Assembly: GCA_963662405.2 (NCBI GenBank)
Contig: CAXXKT010000001.1
Span: 736,001 to 800,000, forward strand
Direction: 5' to 3'
DNA from: Syntrophales bacterium
GTDB lineage: Bacteria; Desulfobacterota; Syntrophia; Syntrophales; UBA2210
DNA length: 64,000 bases
Made by a program: the position numbers and the translations under genes. Positions 10,482-20,242 of this stretch are shown piece after piece (the stretch's first letter is position 1; the number at the start of each line of letters is the position of its first letter). The notes beneath the pieces were generated by a model, which was not told the origin of the DNA, ran no database searches, and worked only from the letters and a program-made list of their open reading frames with translations.

Positions 10482-11984
10482 ATGATCAAGACGGATGTCA
10501 TTATCATCGGCGGCGGCTCCACGGGGTGTGGGATCGCGCGGGACCTGGCACTGAGAGGTGTTCCTCACTGCCTGATCGAGAAGGGTGATTTCGCCGCCGG
10601 GGCAACGGGGGCCTGCCACGGGCTGCTGCACAGCGGTGGCCGTTACGCGGTGAACGACCCTGAAGCGGCGGCCGAGTGCATCGCCGAGAACATGATCCTG
10701 CGCCGGATCGGAGCGAAATGTGTCGAGCAGACGGGAGGGCTCTTTGTCCGTCTCCCCGGTGACTCAAAGCGATTCCGGGACCTCTTTCTGAAAAAGTGCG
10801 ACGAGGCGGGGATCGACACCGAGGAGCTTTCCCCGACCAGGGCGCTCGATCTCGTTCCCACCCTGAACCCGTCACTTGAAGAGGCAATCAGGGTCCCCGA
10901 CTGTTCCATCGACCCTTTCCGTTTGTGCCTGCTCAATATCACCTCGTCCCAGAAACGTGGCGGACAGATCCTGACCCATCACCGTGTCACGGAGATCCTC
11001 AAGGAGCATGGGCGATGCGTCGGCGTCAAGGCCCGTGAAGAGGTCACATCCGACATCAAAGAGATCAGGGGAAAGATCATTATCAATGCCACCGGCGCCT
11101 GGGGGGATCAGGTGGCACATCTGGCCGGTGGGAGCGTTCCCATTACCATGTCCAAGGGGAGCCTTGTCGTCACGAATCACCGGATCACCACTATGGTAAT
11201 CAACCGACTCAGGCCCCCCGCCGATGGCGACATTATCGTCCCCAACGAGGCGGTTTGTCTTGCCGGCACCACCTCCATCCCCGTGACCGACCCCGACAGG
11301 ATCGGCGTCGATCCGGCGGAAGTGAATCTGATCGCCACCGAAGCACAGCAGATGATCCCGGATTTCGAAACAACGCGCCTGATCAGAACGTACGCGGGGG
11401 TGCGTCCCCTCCTGAAGGCGAACGCGGAGGATGATCGGACCATATCCCGGGGATTCCGGATTATTGACCACCGGGATGGCCTGTTCAGCATTACGGGTGG
11501 AAAACTGACCACCTACCGGCTCATGGCGGAGAAGATGACCGATACGATCATGGCGGTCTTCGACCTGAAGGCGGCGTGCCGGACGGCGGAGTTCCCGCTT
11601 GAAGGACAGGAGGAACTGAGCGGGTATCCCCTCTCCAACCGTTTGAAGAGCCTTGATAATATCGTTTGTGAATGCGAACTGGTAACGGCGTCCGCGGTGG
11701 AACGGGTAGCGGCACAGATCGGCACCCGGCATATCGGCGACATCCAGCACCGGACACGGCTGGGGATGGGACCCTGCCAGGGAGGATTCTGCACGTACCG
11801 GGCGCTGGGGATCATGCAGGCAAAGGGAAAGATGACCCCGGGCGAATCAATGCGCATGCTCAGGGAATTCCTCCAGAGACGATTCAAGGGGATCAAGCCG
11901 GCCCTCTGGGGTGATCAGCTCCGCGAGGAACAACTGATAGAGAGCATCTACCTCGGTATCCTCAACATGGAGCAGGGGCAATGA
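10482..11984 (+). CDS. glpA: Anaerobic glycerol-3-phosphate dehydrogenase subunit A
   Basis: GGGSTG FAD motif, HGLLHSGGRY, GGKLTTYRLMAE, VCECE and RTRLGMGPCQGGFC (BFD-like 2Fe-2S); GGAGG RBS. Confidence 0.93.
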   Translation: MIKTDVIIIGGGSTGCGIARDLALRGVPHCLIEKGDFAAGATGACHGLLHSGGRYAVNDPEAAAECIAENMILRRIGAKCVEQTGGLFVRLPGDSKRFRDLFLKKCDEAGIDTEELSPTRALDLVPTLNPSLEEAIRVPDCSIDPFRLCLLNITSSQKRGGQILTHHRVTEILKEHGRCVGVKAREEVTSDIKEIRGKIIINATGAWGDQVAHLAGGSVPITMSKGSLVVTNHRITTMVINRLRPPADGDIIVPNEAVCLAGTTSIPVTDPDRIGVDPAEVNLIATEAQQMIPDFETTRLIRTYAGVRPLLKANAEDDRTISRGFRIIDHRDGLFSITGGKLTTYRLMAEKMTDTIMAVFDLKAACRTAEFPLEGQEELSGYPLSNRLKSLDNIVCECELVTASAVERVAAQIGTRHIGDIQHRTRLGMGPCQGGFCTYRALGIMQAKGKMTPGESMRMLREFLQRRFKGIKPALWGDQLREEQLIESIYLGILNMEQGQ

Positions 11985-13174
11985 GTGTCACATACGATGC
12001 GGTGATTATAGGGGGGGGGATATCGGGGTTGATGGCGGCGATCACTCTCGCCGATGCGGGGAGAAAGGTCGCGGTTCTTTCCAAGGGTGACCCCGCCTGC
12101 TGTTTCTCGACCGGGTGTGTCGATCTGCTCGCGGCTCATGTCGACCCCCTCGAGGGGATCTCCTCCCTCCCGGAGCAGCATCCGTATCACCTCGTGGGAG
12201 AAACAACCATCATCGAGGCGCTTGAGCGGTTCCGCGCGATCATGTCCGAGGGGGGGATGCCCTATGTGGGGGATTGTCGCGCCAACCGGCGGGTCCTGAC
12301 CTCTCTTGGGCGATGCAAGGTCACCTGTCTGGTCCCTCAAACGATGGCGTTTGCCGACGTCGATCCCGATACCCGTCTCCGCGTCCTCTCTTTCAAAAGA
12401 ATAAAGGACTTCTACCCCCAGTACATCACGGCACGGTACCCAAACGCTACATATTCAACGTATGACGCGGGTGTCACCACCACGGCGGGGATCGCCGGGC
12501 GGTTCGAAGACATTCAGTTCCTGGAAGGATTCATCACGTGGTTGCAGCGTCTCAATATACAGGAGGAGCGCATCGCCTTGCCGGCCGTCCTGGGAAGACA
12601 GTTCGCCGGGGAGGTATACGACAGGATAACGGCAGTATGCGACCGTCCCCTCTTCGAGATACCGACCTTGCCCCCATCCATGCCGGGGCTGCGGTTGTTC
12701 GGGGGACTGAAGCAGGCCCTTCTGCAGCGGAATGGCGATCTCTACTGGGGTCGGGAGATATACAGCGTGGAGCGGACCGATCACCAAATCGAAGCCGTGA
12801 CACTCGCCGGCACCGGACGGGCCACCCGGGTGGAGGGAAAGACCTTTATCCTCGCCACCGGTTCTCTGGTCAGCGGCGGTCTGCACGCCTCCATGGAGAA
12901 GGTGACTGAAACGGTCTTTAATCTGCCCACATACCTTCCCGGTACGCGGAAGTCCTGGTTTCACGATGATTTCTTTGCACCCGGCCATGAAATCGAAAAG
13001 ACGGGAATCCGGGTCGATCCATCCTTCAGACCACTCGATACGGATATAGAGAATTTGCATGTCTGCGGCAGCATCCTGGCCTTTTCGGAGGTCATGAAAT
13101 ACCGGTGCGGCCACGGGATAGCCATCGCGACGGGAGTGGCAGCCGCGCGGGCGTGTGGGGGACTGGACTCGTGA
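11981..13174 (+). CDS. glpB: Anaerobic glycerol-3-phosphate dehydrogenase subunit B
   Basis: IIGGGISG, FEIPTLPPSMPGLRL, ILATGS, CGHGIAIATG; between glpA and glpC. Confidence 0.9.
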   Translation: MSVTYDAVIIGGGISGLMAAITLADAGRKVAVLSKGDPACCFSTGCVDLLAAHVDPLEGISSLPEQHPYHLVGETTIIEALERFRAIMSEGGMPYVGDCRANRRVLTSLGRCKVTCLVPQTMAFADVDPDTRLRVLSFKRIKDFYPQYITARYPNATYSTYDAGVTTTAGIAGRFEDIQFLEGFITWLQRLNIQEERIALPAVLGRQFAGEVYDRITAVCDRPLFEIPTLPPSMPGLRLFGGLKQALLQRNGDLYWGREIYSVERTDHQIEAVTLAGTGRATRVEGKTFILATGSLVSGGLHASMEKVTETVFNLPTYLPGTRKSWFHDDFFAPGHEIEKTGIRVDPSFRPLDTDIENLHVCGSILAFSEVMKYRCGHGIAIATGVAAARACGGLDS

Positions 13175-14373
13175 ATATCGATTACCAGCACTGCATCCGG
13201 TGCACCACCTGTGTGGCGAACTGCCCCGTCTTCAAGGTGAATCCGGCCTTCCCCGGTCCCAAGCAGTCCGGTCCCGACGCCGAGCGATTCCGTTCGGATG
13301 ACGAGGCATCCATCGACCAATGGGTCCGCCTTTGCAACCAGTGCAAACGATGCTCGGTGGCCTGTCCCTACGGGGTCAATCCGGCAGAGATCATCCTCCG
13401 GGAGCAGACCCGGTACGGCGAGGGCCATTTCAGGCCGCTCTCCCAGCACCTCTTTGCCAACAACTACTGGCTGGGGGCCCTCAACTCACTGTTCGCCCCC
13501 GTGGTCAACCTCCTCACACCGCGGGGATTCGTCAAACGGGTGCTCCCCGTTTTCGGCCTCTCGTCCGCTCTCCCCTTTCCCCGCTATTCCGCACATTCGA
13601 TGAACAGGAGCTGGCGATGGAAAGGACCCCGGAGAAGCCGCCGAAAAATCGTATATTTCTACGGCTGTTTTATCAACTACAACCGCCCCGATATCGGCCG
13701 GGGGGTACGCGACCTTCTCGCGTCGCTTGGAGTCAGGGTCGTGATCCCCAGGCAGGTCTGCTGCGGTCTCCCCGCCCTGGGCAACGGAGACCTGGAAACC
13801 GCCCGCGCCTTTGCCCGGAAAAATGCCCGCATCCTCGCGGGATACATCGACAAGGGGTATGATGTAATCTATACCTGTACGTCATGCGGTCTCTCCCTGA
13901 TCCAGGATTATCCGGGGATTCTCGATGTGCCTGACGGGAAAAAGATCGCCGAAAATACCTACAATCTTCATGAATACATCCTGAAGCTGATTGACGAGGA
14001 ATCTATAAACCCGGTGTTTGCTCCCCTGCACCGGCGCGTGGCCTATCACATCCCCTGCCACCTCCGCGCGTTGGGAATTGGGTATCCGGCGGCACGGCTC
14101 CTCAAGCGGATCCCCGGTCTTGAAATCCACGTCCTTGAGGACAACTGTTGCGGGCTTGCCGGCAGTTATGGATTTAAACGGAAGAACGAGGGGACCTCAA
14201 CGAGGCTGGGGGCCGATGCGGCACGGGCAATCCGGGCCGTCAAACCGGATATCCTGATGACGGACTGCGGGGCATGCAAGATGCAGCTTTCTTACTTTTC
14301 AGGGGTTTCAGCTTGCGATCCCTCCGAGGTCTTGAGAGAGTCCCTGGAACAGGCCAAAGAGGGAACCACCTGA
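13171..14373 (+). CDS. glpC: Anaerobic glycerol-3-phosphate dehydrogenase subunit C
   Basis: Two CxxCxxCxxxCP motifs, FPGPKQSGPDAERFR, two CCG domains; GTG overlaps the glpB stop. Confidence 0.92.
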   Translation: MNIDYQHCIRCTTCVANCPVFKVNPAFPGPKQSGPDAERFRSDDEASIDQWVRLCNQCKRCSVACPYGVNPAEIILREQTRYGEGHFRPLSQHLFANNYWLGALNSLFAPVVNLLTPRGFVKRVLPVFGLSSALPFPRYSAHSMNRSWRWKGPRRSRRKIVYFYGCFINYNRPDIGRGVRDLLASLGVRVVIPRQVCCGLPALGNGDLETARAFARKNARILAGYIDKGYDVIYTCTSCGLSLIQDYPGILDVPDGKKIAENTYNLHEYILKLIDEESINPVFAPLHRRVAYHIPCHLRALGIGYPAARLLKRIPGLEIHVLEDNCCGLAGSYGFKRKNEGTSTRLGADAARAIRAVKPDILMTDCGACKMQLSYFSGVSACDPSEVLRESLEQAKEGTT

Positions 14374-14491
14374 GAGGAAACCGGCGAGCCCGGATATCTC
14401 TTTTCACAAAATGGAACAACGCTGCCACCATATAGCGCTAAAGAAGTCAGTGGACTAACCGATATCTTTGTCAACACCCAAGGAGAAAACC

Positions 14492-15949
14492 ATGAGAACA
14501 CTATTCAAGACACTGACACCGGCGTTCTTCCTTGCGATCTGCATGATGCTCCTCCCCGTCGGGGGACATGCCGAAACATTTCCCGAGGTGATGTTTATCC
14601 TGGATGCTTCCGGGAGCATGTGGGGACCGTGCGACGGACAAACCAGGATCGAGGCCGCCCGGAGCGTCTTCGAACAGGTGGTCCCTTCACTTCCCTCGGA
14701 GGTCAAGGTCGGATTGACCGCTTACGGGCATAACCGCACGGGTGACTGCTCGGATGTCGAGATCCTCATCCCGACCGGCAGCGAAGGGAGAAAAGCCCTC
14801 CTGGATCGTATTATGACCATCAATCCCACGGGAATGACCCCGATGGCAATATCCGTCAAGATGGTCGCCGATACCCTGAGAATCAAGGAGGGCGAGACAA
14901 CGATCGTCCTGGTCAGTGACGGGAAAGAAACCTGCGACAAAGATCCGTGCGGCGTGGTCCGGTCTCTGAAGGCTTCCGGGATCAAGTTTATCCTCCATGT
15001 CGTGGGCTTCGGAGTAAAGTCAGAAGAAAAGGAACAACTGGCATGCATGGCGGAGGCGGGGGGCGGTCAATACTTCGGGGCGGAGAACGCGGAGAGTCTT
15101 CTTGCAGCCCTCGAGGAGGTGAAGAAAGAAGTCGCCGTCAAGGTAGAAAAGGCAAAGACAACAAAGAAAAAGGCAACCTCAAGGCTGGGCAAGCTCACCG
15201 TCAAACTTCCCAAGTCAGGAACAGTGAGCATGCATGCCTTCAAGATAGTCCGTTCAAAGGACGGCACGGTGATCAAGACCATCGAGAGTCCGTCTGAGGA
15301 TTCGACCCATCCCCTCCTCACCGGTGATTACGAGATCGTCGCGGCATTCGCCAATCCCAATTGCCAGGATCCTACGGAGGTGTCCTTCGGAACGGTCACC
15401 GTCACGGGGGGAGAAACAGCCACGTTGGAACTGGGGGTCATGACCTTGAACATCGCCGACTCGTTGAAGGAGATACCCGTCGACGCCGTCAATGTCTGCC
15501 GAAGGGGGACATCCGATCCACTCCTGACCCTCCTCCACCACGGGAACGGCTATTACCTCTTCAAGCCGAAACCGCTCCCCGCAGGAGAGTACTCGCTCTC
15601 TTTCACCTATTCGAGGAGTCCCGGTCCCACTCCTATCGCACACGACATCACGATAGAAGCCGGGAAGGAATCGGTTGTCACGATCGATTCCGGTATCGGA
15701 CTGCAGAAACCGTCGGGAAAGGACGTCAACGTGCACGGGTGGAACCTTGCCCCGACCGGGAGCGAGAAACCCGCTCTGCAGGTGCGGAGGAGATGGGACA
15801 ACAACTACCCTCTCTGGAAGGTCTTCGCGGTTCCCCCCGGGACATACGATCTCTCCGTCCTCCTCAAAGGGATGGAAGAACCCCTGCCCGTGGGTGAGGG
15901 GCTGTCGATCTCCAGGGGGGATCTGCTGCTGTTTGATTCGGGGCTGTAA
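14492..15949 (+). CDS. Secreted von Willebrand factor A domain protein
   Basis: Signal peptide ending GHA; MIDAS ILDASGSM, TPMA, VLVSDGKETC; beta-rich C-terminal region. Confidence 0.85.
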   Translation: MRTLFKTLTPAFFLAICMMLLPVGGHAETFPEVMFILDASGSMWGPCDGQTRIEAARSVFEQVVPSLPSEVKVGLTAYGHNRTGDCSDVEILIPTGSEGRKALLDRIMTINPTGMTPMAISVKMVADTLRIKEGETTIVLVSDGKETCDKDPCGVVRSLKASGIKFILHVVGFGVKSEEKEQLACMAEAGGGQYFGAENAESLLAALEEVKKEVAVKVEKAKTTKKKATSRLGKLTVKLPKSGTVSMHAFKIVRSKDGTVIKTIESPSEDSTHPLLTGDYEIVAAFANPNCQDPTEVSFGTVTVTGGETATLELGVMTLNIADSLKEIPVDAVNVCRRGTSDPLLTLLHHGNGYYLFKPKPLPAGEYSLSFTYSRSPGPTPIAHDITIEAGKESVVTIDSGIGLQKPSGKDVNVHGWNLAPTGSEKPALQVRRRWDNNYPLWKVFAVPPGTYDLSVLLKGMEEPLPVGEGLSISRGDLLLFDSGL

Positions 15950-15988
15950 GGTCCGGGGCACGGCAAATCATATATCAAGGAGGTTAGG

Positions 15989-16237
15989 ATGTTCAGAAAG
16001 TCAAGGATCGCTCTTTTCGTGTGCTTCGCGGTTCTTCCCGCGTTTTTAGCAACCTCGTGCTATATCAGACCCCCCAAGCCGAGTCCGGGCCATGTATGGG
16101 TAAAACCACACAAGAATCCCGCCGGTACTCACGTGAAAGGACACTGGAAACACGCCCCGGCACCCCGGCAGGGAGCCGTGTGGGTCCCGGGCCATTACGG
16201 ACCCAAGGGACGATGGATCGACGGTCACTGGCGCTAG
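15989..16237 (+). CDS. Small lipoprotein with WXXGXW (YXWGXW) repeats
   Basis: AGGAGG RBS, lipobox-like LATSC, VWVKPH/VKGHW/VWVPGHY/WIDGHW. Confidence 0.8.
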   Translation: MFRKSRIALFVCFAVLPAFLATSCYIRPPKPSPGHVWVKPHKNPAGTHVKGHWKHAPAPRQGAVWVPGHYGPKGRWIDGHWR

Positions 16238-16652
16238 ATACCGGGAACGGTGAGGAGGTCCCGATCTGCCATGCGGCTTCCACCGGGCACATGGGAAGAT
16301 CGAGGGACTCCGCCCGTTCAATCAGGACCGTGTTTCACGGCGGCGGTAGCGGTTTGCACGTTCCAGACCTGCCGTGTGAAGAGAACGGTGATTATCCCCT
16401 TCTGTGTCCTCCTTTCGGGTGAAAGAGAGCAACTCTGGTCTGGCACATCGCATTACCGCTCGGAAAAACCATCATCTCAACCCCAAAGATTGTGGCGAAC
16501 TATCCGATAAAGCGATTGGAAAATCCTGCCAACAGCCATGACCACTCGTTCTTTGATTGCATCATCAGATTGCTTTACCTTTATCGCCGGGGATTTTTCA
16601 GGTCTTGGGGTATGGAAAGATGGGGGAAATTATCTGATATCGGGGGGGGTCA

Positions 16653-17200
16653 ATGCCGGGGATCACGATACAAAAAGTGAGGGTCTTTCTGGAGGGTCTT
16701 TCTGGAGGGTCTTTCTGTAACGTTTTTGCAAACAGATACACCAAGTCGGTCGGTGAGTGTGCCCTTGGGCGCGATTGACGAACTCGTTGAATTTTTGCGC
16801 TTGCTGAATCCTGACGAGGTCGAACGACGCACAGCGTTTCGAGTCGTTATTCCCCGTTCAATTGACCTTATGGCCAGGATCGCATTCAAAGGGAAAACCT
16901 GGTCGGTCATTCCCATTGATCTCAGCCTGGCAGGAATCCTGGTTGAGCTTTCTCAGCCGGATGTGGTCGATATAGCAGTGGATACCGTCATTGGGATAGA
17001 ACTGCGGGTGAACGATAAGAGATCGGTGCTCACCGGCCTTGTCCGTCGGATAAACCCTAACCAGTACGGTATCTTGTTCGTGGAGTCGCTGAAAAACGGA
17101 GAGCTGAGCCCCCCCGGAATCCCTCGTTGGTATCTACAAGACAATTGAACGGGAATGGTTGCGAACGAGGGTGGGTGCGGAACAATGGAAAGGCACCTGA
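16653..17200 (+). pseudogene. PilZ-domain protein with two frameshifts in simple repeats (pseudogene, phase-variable allele or assembly artefact)
   Basis: ERRTAFR (RxxxR) and DLSLAG (DxSxxG) in ORF 16726-17148. Removing one 13-bp unit and one C restores ATG16653 to TGA17200 (177 aa). Confidence 0.7.
16679..16717 (+). repeat. Perfect 3 x 13-bp tandem repeat GAGGGTCTTTCTG
   Basis: Units at 16679, 16692 and 16705. Confidence 0.97.
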
Positions 17201-17225
17201 ACGCTCCAGCTACCCCCGCTGACTG

Positions 17226-18617
17226 TCAAAATAATAGCGGATATATCGAAGGGAGTATGAAGGGCGGAGGCCTAAATTCATATCCTCCGATATCGTACCC
17301 TGTGCCTTGAGGTCGAGCGGTGCCGCCAAAATCGATCAAAGGCGCATCCACGGTCCTCCCGGTATCGATTGCCGGACTCGACGGATTGAGATGTAAATCG
17401 AAGTTATCCGCGTCCACGAAAATCGCACCGGCGGTGGAGGCGATCAATGAATGCTCATCCTGACCACTGTAGGTGGTCCAGCTCCCGTTGTTGATATCGT
17501 TCAGAGAAAACTCGTCTACATATCCCACGGTGATCGCCCTGCCGCCGCCATTATCATTGTGAAAAAGGTTGTAATCTCCCCGATAATTATTCGCCGTGTA
17601 TTCCTCGAATCCCAGGCCGATATTGTCACCCCCTGCTAGGATCGTATTGTACATATGCAGCGAATCATTCCTATTCTCCACCCATATGTTCCACGTTTCG
17701 CTGTCCATGAAGGTGCAATTGATGACAGTGGTAGTGCCCGGTTCTTCGTCCCAGTCCAGTTCCAGATTGTTCGTCGTATTATGATAGCCGATGCAGTTGA
17801 TCAGATCGACACGGTCAGTCCAGACCTTATACCCGGTGTTCCAACAATCGTGGGCGGAGCATCTGCTCAGGATGGTGCCCGGCGCACTGATATCGAATCC
17901 GTCGTAGACGTCGTAGGCACTGCAGCGATTGAATGTGAATCCGTTCTGCGTGCCGTGACCCAGGGCAAATCCATCCGCGTTTTGCTCATGATCGCGGGCC
18001 GTGTGGGCAATGCAGTCATTCAAGGTGCCGTTATAACAGTTGTTCCCTTCGGCAGGCGAAGCATCGAAGCCGAAAAGGTCGAAGTGATGTATCTGAATCC
18101 GATTCAAAACGAAATCGTGCGTACCGTTGGCGGCACCGATGCCGTATGGGACTTCGTGCACCACGCAGTCGTTGAGCTCTACGTGGGCGGCATTCCACAT
18201 CCATATGCCGGTATCGTTCCAATGGCGGATTGTCAGACCGTTCAGAGTGATATACGAATGGGCTATGGTGAAACCGTTGTTGCCGGTTGTGACGTCGGTC
18301 CCGTCGATGATGGGAGTCTCACTCGGATACGCGGAAAAGACGATATGTCCTGCTGAGGTGCTCCCATCCCTTCGCGTTTCCACTCCTTCGTAATAAATGC
18401 CTCCCCGGATATACGCATAATCACCCCCTGCCATCGCGTCGGCGGCATGTTGAATGGTGCGCCAGGGGCTGTCTATCGTACCCGGGCATACATCATTGCC
18501 GGACGGTGATACATAGTATGTCGCCGCGCAGACATGACCGCATGTCAGAATCATGACGACAAAGAACGCCAGACTCGCCAGATGTGCTGCCTTGGTAGTG
18601 TCAAGAATCTTTCGCAC
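17226..18617 (-). CDS. Secreted right-handed beta-helix (pectin-lyase-fold) protein with a choice-of-anchor-Q-like C-terminus
   Basis: Signal peptide, ATYYVSPSGND...PWRTIQHAAD, Asn-rich repeats, DLHLNPSSPAIDTG...YDIGGYE. Confidence 0.82.
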   Translation of the reverse strand: MRKILDTTKAAHLASLAFFVVMILTCGHVCAATYYVSPSGNDVCPGTIDSPWRTIQHAADAMAGGDYAYIRGGIYYEGVETRRDGSTSAGHIVFSAYPSETPIIDGTDVTTGNNGFTIAHSYITLNGLTIRHWNDTGIWMWNAAHVELNDCVVHEVPYGIGAANGTHDFVLNRIQIHHFDLFGFDASPAEGNNCYNGTLNDCIAHTARDHEQNADGFALGHGTQNGFTFNRCSAYDVYDGFDISAPGTILSRCSAHDCWNTGYKVWTDRVDLINCIGYHNTTNNLELDWDEEPGTTTVINCTFMDSETWNIWVENRNDSLHMYNTILAGGDNIGLGFEEYTANNYRGDYNLFHNDNGGGRAITVGYVDEFSLNDINNGSWTTYSGQDEHSLIASTAGAIFVDADNFDLHLNPSSPAIDTGRTVDAPLIDFGGTARPQGTGYDIGGYEFRPPPFILPSIYPLLF

Positions 18618-19198
18618 TTTTGATTGATTAATCCTTCGATCCAGCTATGTCGAAGCTCAATGCTTCGAGTGCCTCCATCACTCCGGGCGCACTGAACCTT
18701 CACGCTCCTATTTACAATGTTTCCGGCTCATCTGTCCATATCCAAATAATATCGGGTTTCCCACTCAAGTCGCCCCCGGTTTAACCGGGTCCATCGATGG
18801 GCATCAATGTGTTGCAGCTTTGCTCATTATCAATTCAAGTATTGACAATCCTGACTCCATCCTTTGAAAATCTTCGCTTCCATCGTTTTACGGTCTAACA
18901 GTCTTTCCGACTCGCGAATCCTGGCCCGTTATTTCTTCGTCTCGAATGTTGGGACAACACCCAGCTCCCGCTTTCACTGCGGAGAGTGAGCTTTCATGTA
19001 ACAAACTAATATATAATATCATTTATTGGCTTAAATTCGCACCCACATAACAGAAGAATATAGGCTACTCTCCGCGAACAAGCGTGAGAACAAAGTTTTT
19101 AACTCACCAACCAACCTTGAATGTGTCAGACTCGCGGCGCTACGACTGCATTTAATAAGTGTAACTATAAATGATAAGAATGCTTTTCTCCTCTGATC

Positions 19199-19918
19199 TT
19201 ACTTGCCGAAGGGGAGCTTGAGGCCCTTCAGTTTGTCCCCCAGATCTTTGGGCAGGGAAAATCCCCCGCTGCCCTCTTCCGCTTCTTCCTCATCCGAACC
19301 GGCGAACAAGGTCATAATACTCCCAACTTTCTGATACCCATCGGGAATTTCGAAAAGTTTCGTGGGCTGTTTTCCCTCTTTGATATTTCTCAACTCGGTG
19401 ATATTCCCATCCTCCGATTGTGTGCGAAGGGGCATATCCAGTTTCTTCGAAATCCATACCGTCGAGCGGTGTTTCTTTTTAAAACCCAAGATTTCAACAA
19501 CAGTTTCAACCTCTTTTTTGGTACATTTAAATCCGTTGACTTTTTCGGTCCCCAGGTTTTTTTCGACCTTTGACTTGACCATTCCCTTGACTGTCTGTTC
19601 CCACTCTTCTTCCTTCAGGGGACGTTCGAAATACTTCTTGCCTGTGGGGTTGAGCATCCAATACAGATCGAGGTCTTTGCGCATAATCATGAGCATCGTT
19701 CCCTTCCCATCCGGGGAGCGTATCTCCATCCGAACCGTATCCGGGGTAACATATAACATTCCATGATGCTCGACGGTCTCGCTGGGGGTCAGGCTCACCT
19801 GTTCGGCGGAATAATGTGTTATCTTGGCGTCGACGGGTCCTGCCATTACAAGCACTATCGTCATGATAATCCAGCTAACGATCAACCAGTTCCTGGTCTT
19901 GTCTTTGTTCCTCCGCAT
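19199..19918 (-). CDS. Exported DUF4412-like protein
   Basis: Signal peptide; LGTEKVNGFKCTK, TVWISKKLDMPLR, LFEIPDGY. Confidence 0.7.
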   Translation of the reverse strand: MRRNKDKTRNWLIVSWIIMTIVLVMAGPVDAKITHYSAEQVSLTPSETVEHHGMLYVTPDTVRMEIRSPDGKGTMLMIMRKDLDLYWMLNPTGKKYFERPLKEEEWEQTVKGMVKSKVEKNLGTEKVNGFKCTKKEVETVVEILGFKKKHRSTVWISKKLDMPLRTQSEDGNITELRNIKEGKQPTKLFEIPDGYQKVGSIMTLFAGSDEEEAEEGSGGFSLPKDLGDKLKGLKLPFGK

Positions 19919-20178
19919 AATCCCCTCCCTCGTCGTTATTCACTGCAAATTCAATACACGCGTAATTTGAAGCGGATCCGTCCTGTCGGCAGGAGACGGA
20001 TTCCCCCAAAAAAACGGATGTGATTCAAGCTCCATCGTGGTATAGAATATATTCATAGCATAAACGAGGAGTATCATCCATAGAGATTTGAATCTATACC
20101 ATTGCCGCTTGTGAAGCCTGTGACAACCGGTTTGGTGTAAAAAAAAACGATGGATGTAACGGATAAGGTATTTATCTG

Positions 20179-20206
20179 TTGACAAACAAGGCTGGATTCC
20201 TATAAT
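20179..20206 (+). promoter_or_regulatory. Sigma-70 promoter of rplU-rpmA
   Basis: TTGACA-N16-TATAAT just upstream of rplU. Confidence 0.8.
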
Positions 20207-20242
20207 AGGCGTTTCCAATTTAACTTGATAAGGAATTGAATC

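Noticed and set aside
14412..14426. TGGAAC...CTGC as a sigma-54 promoter for the vWA gene
   Set aside because: GG-to-GC spacing is 9 nt, not the required 10.
16280..16375. Cobalamin-riboswitch-like words (GGGAAG, AGACCTGCC) and hammerhead-like words on the minus strand (GAAAC, GTC, CTGATTGA)
   Set aside because: The riboswitch core elements are missing and no B12 gene follows; the hammerhead core has an extra base and lacks stem I.
16679..16717. Direct repeats as a possible mini CRISPR array
   Set aside because: Units are 13 bp and contiguous, with no spacers and no cas genes.
18620..19195. AT-rich intergenic stretch of about 580 bp as a hidden gene or ncRNA
   Set aside because: No ORF of 60 aa or more, and no motif or convincing structure; it may be decayed sequence but I cannot support a call.
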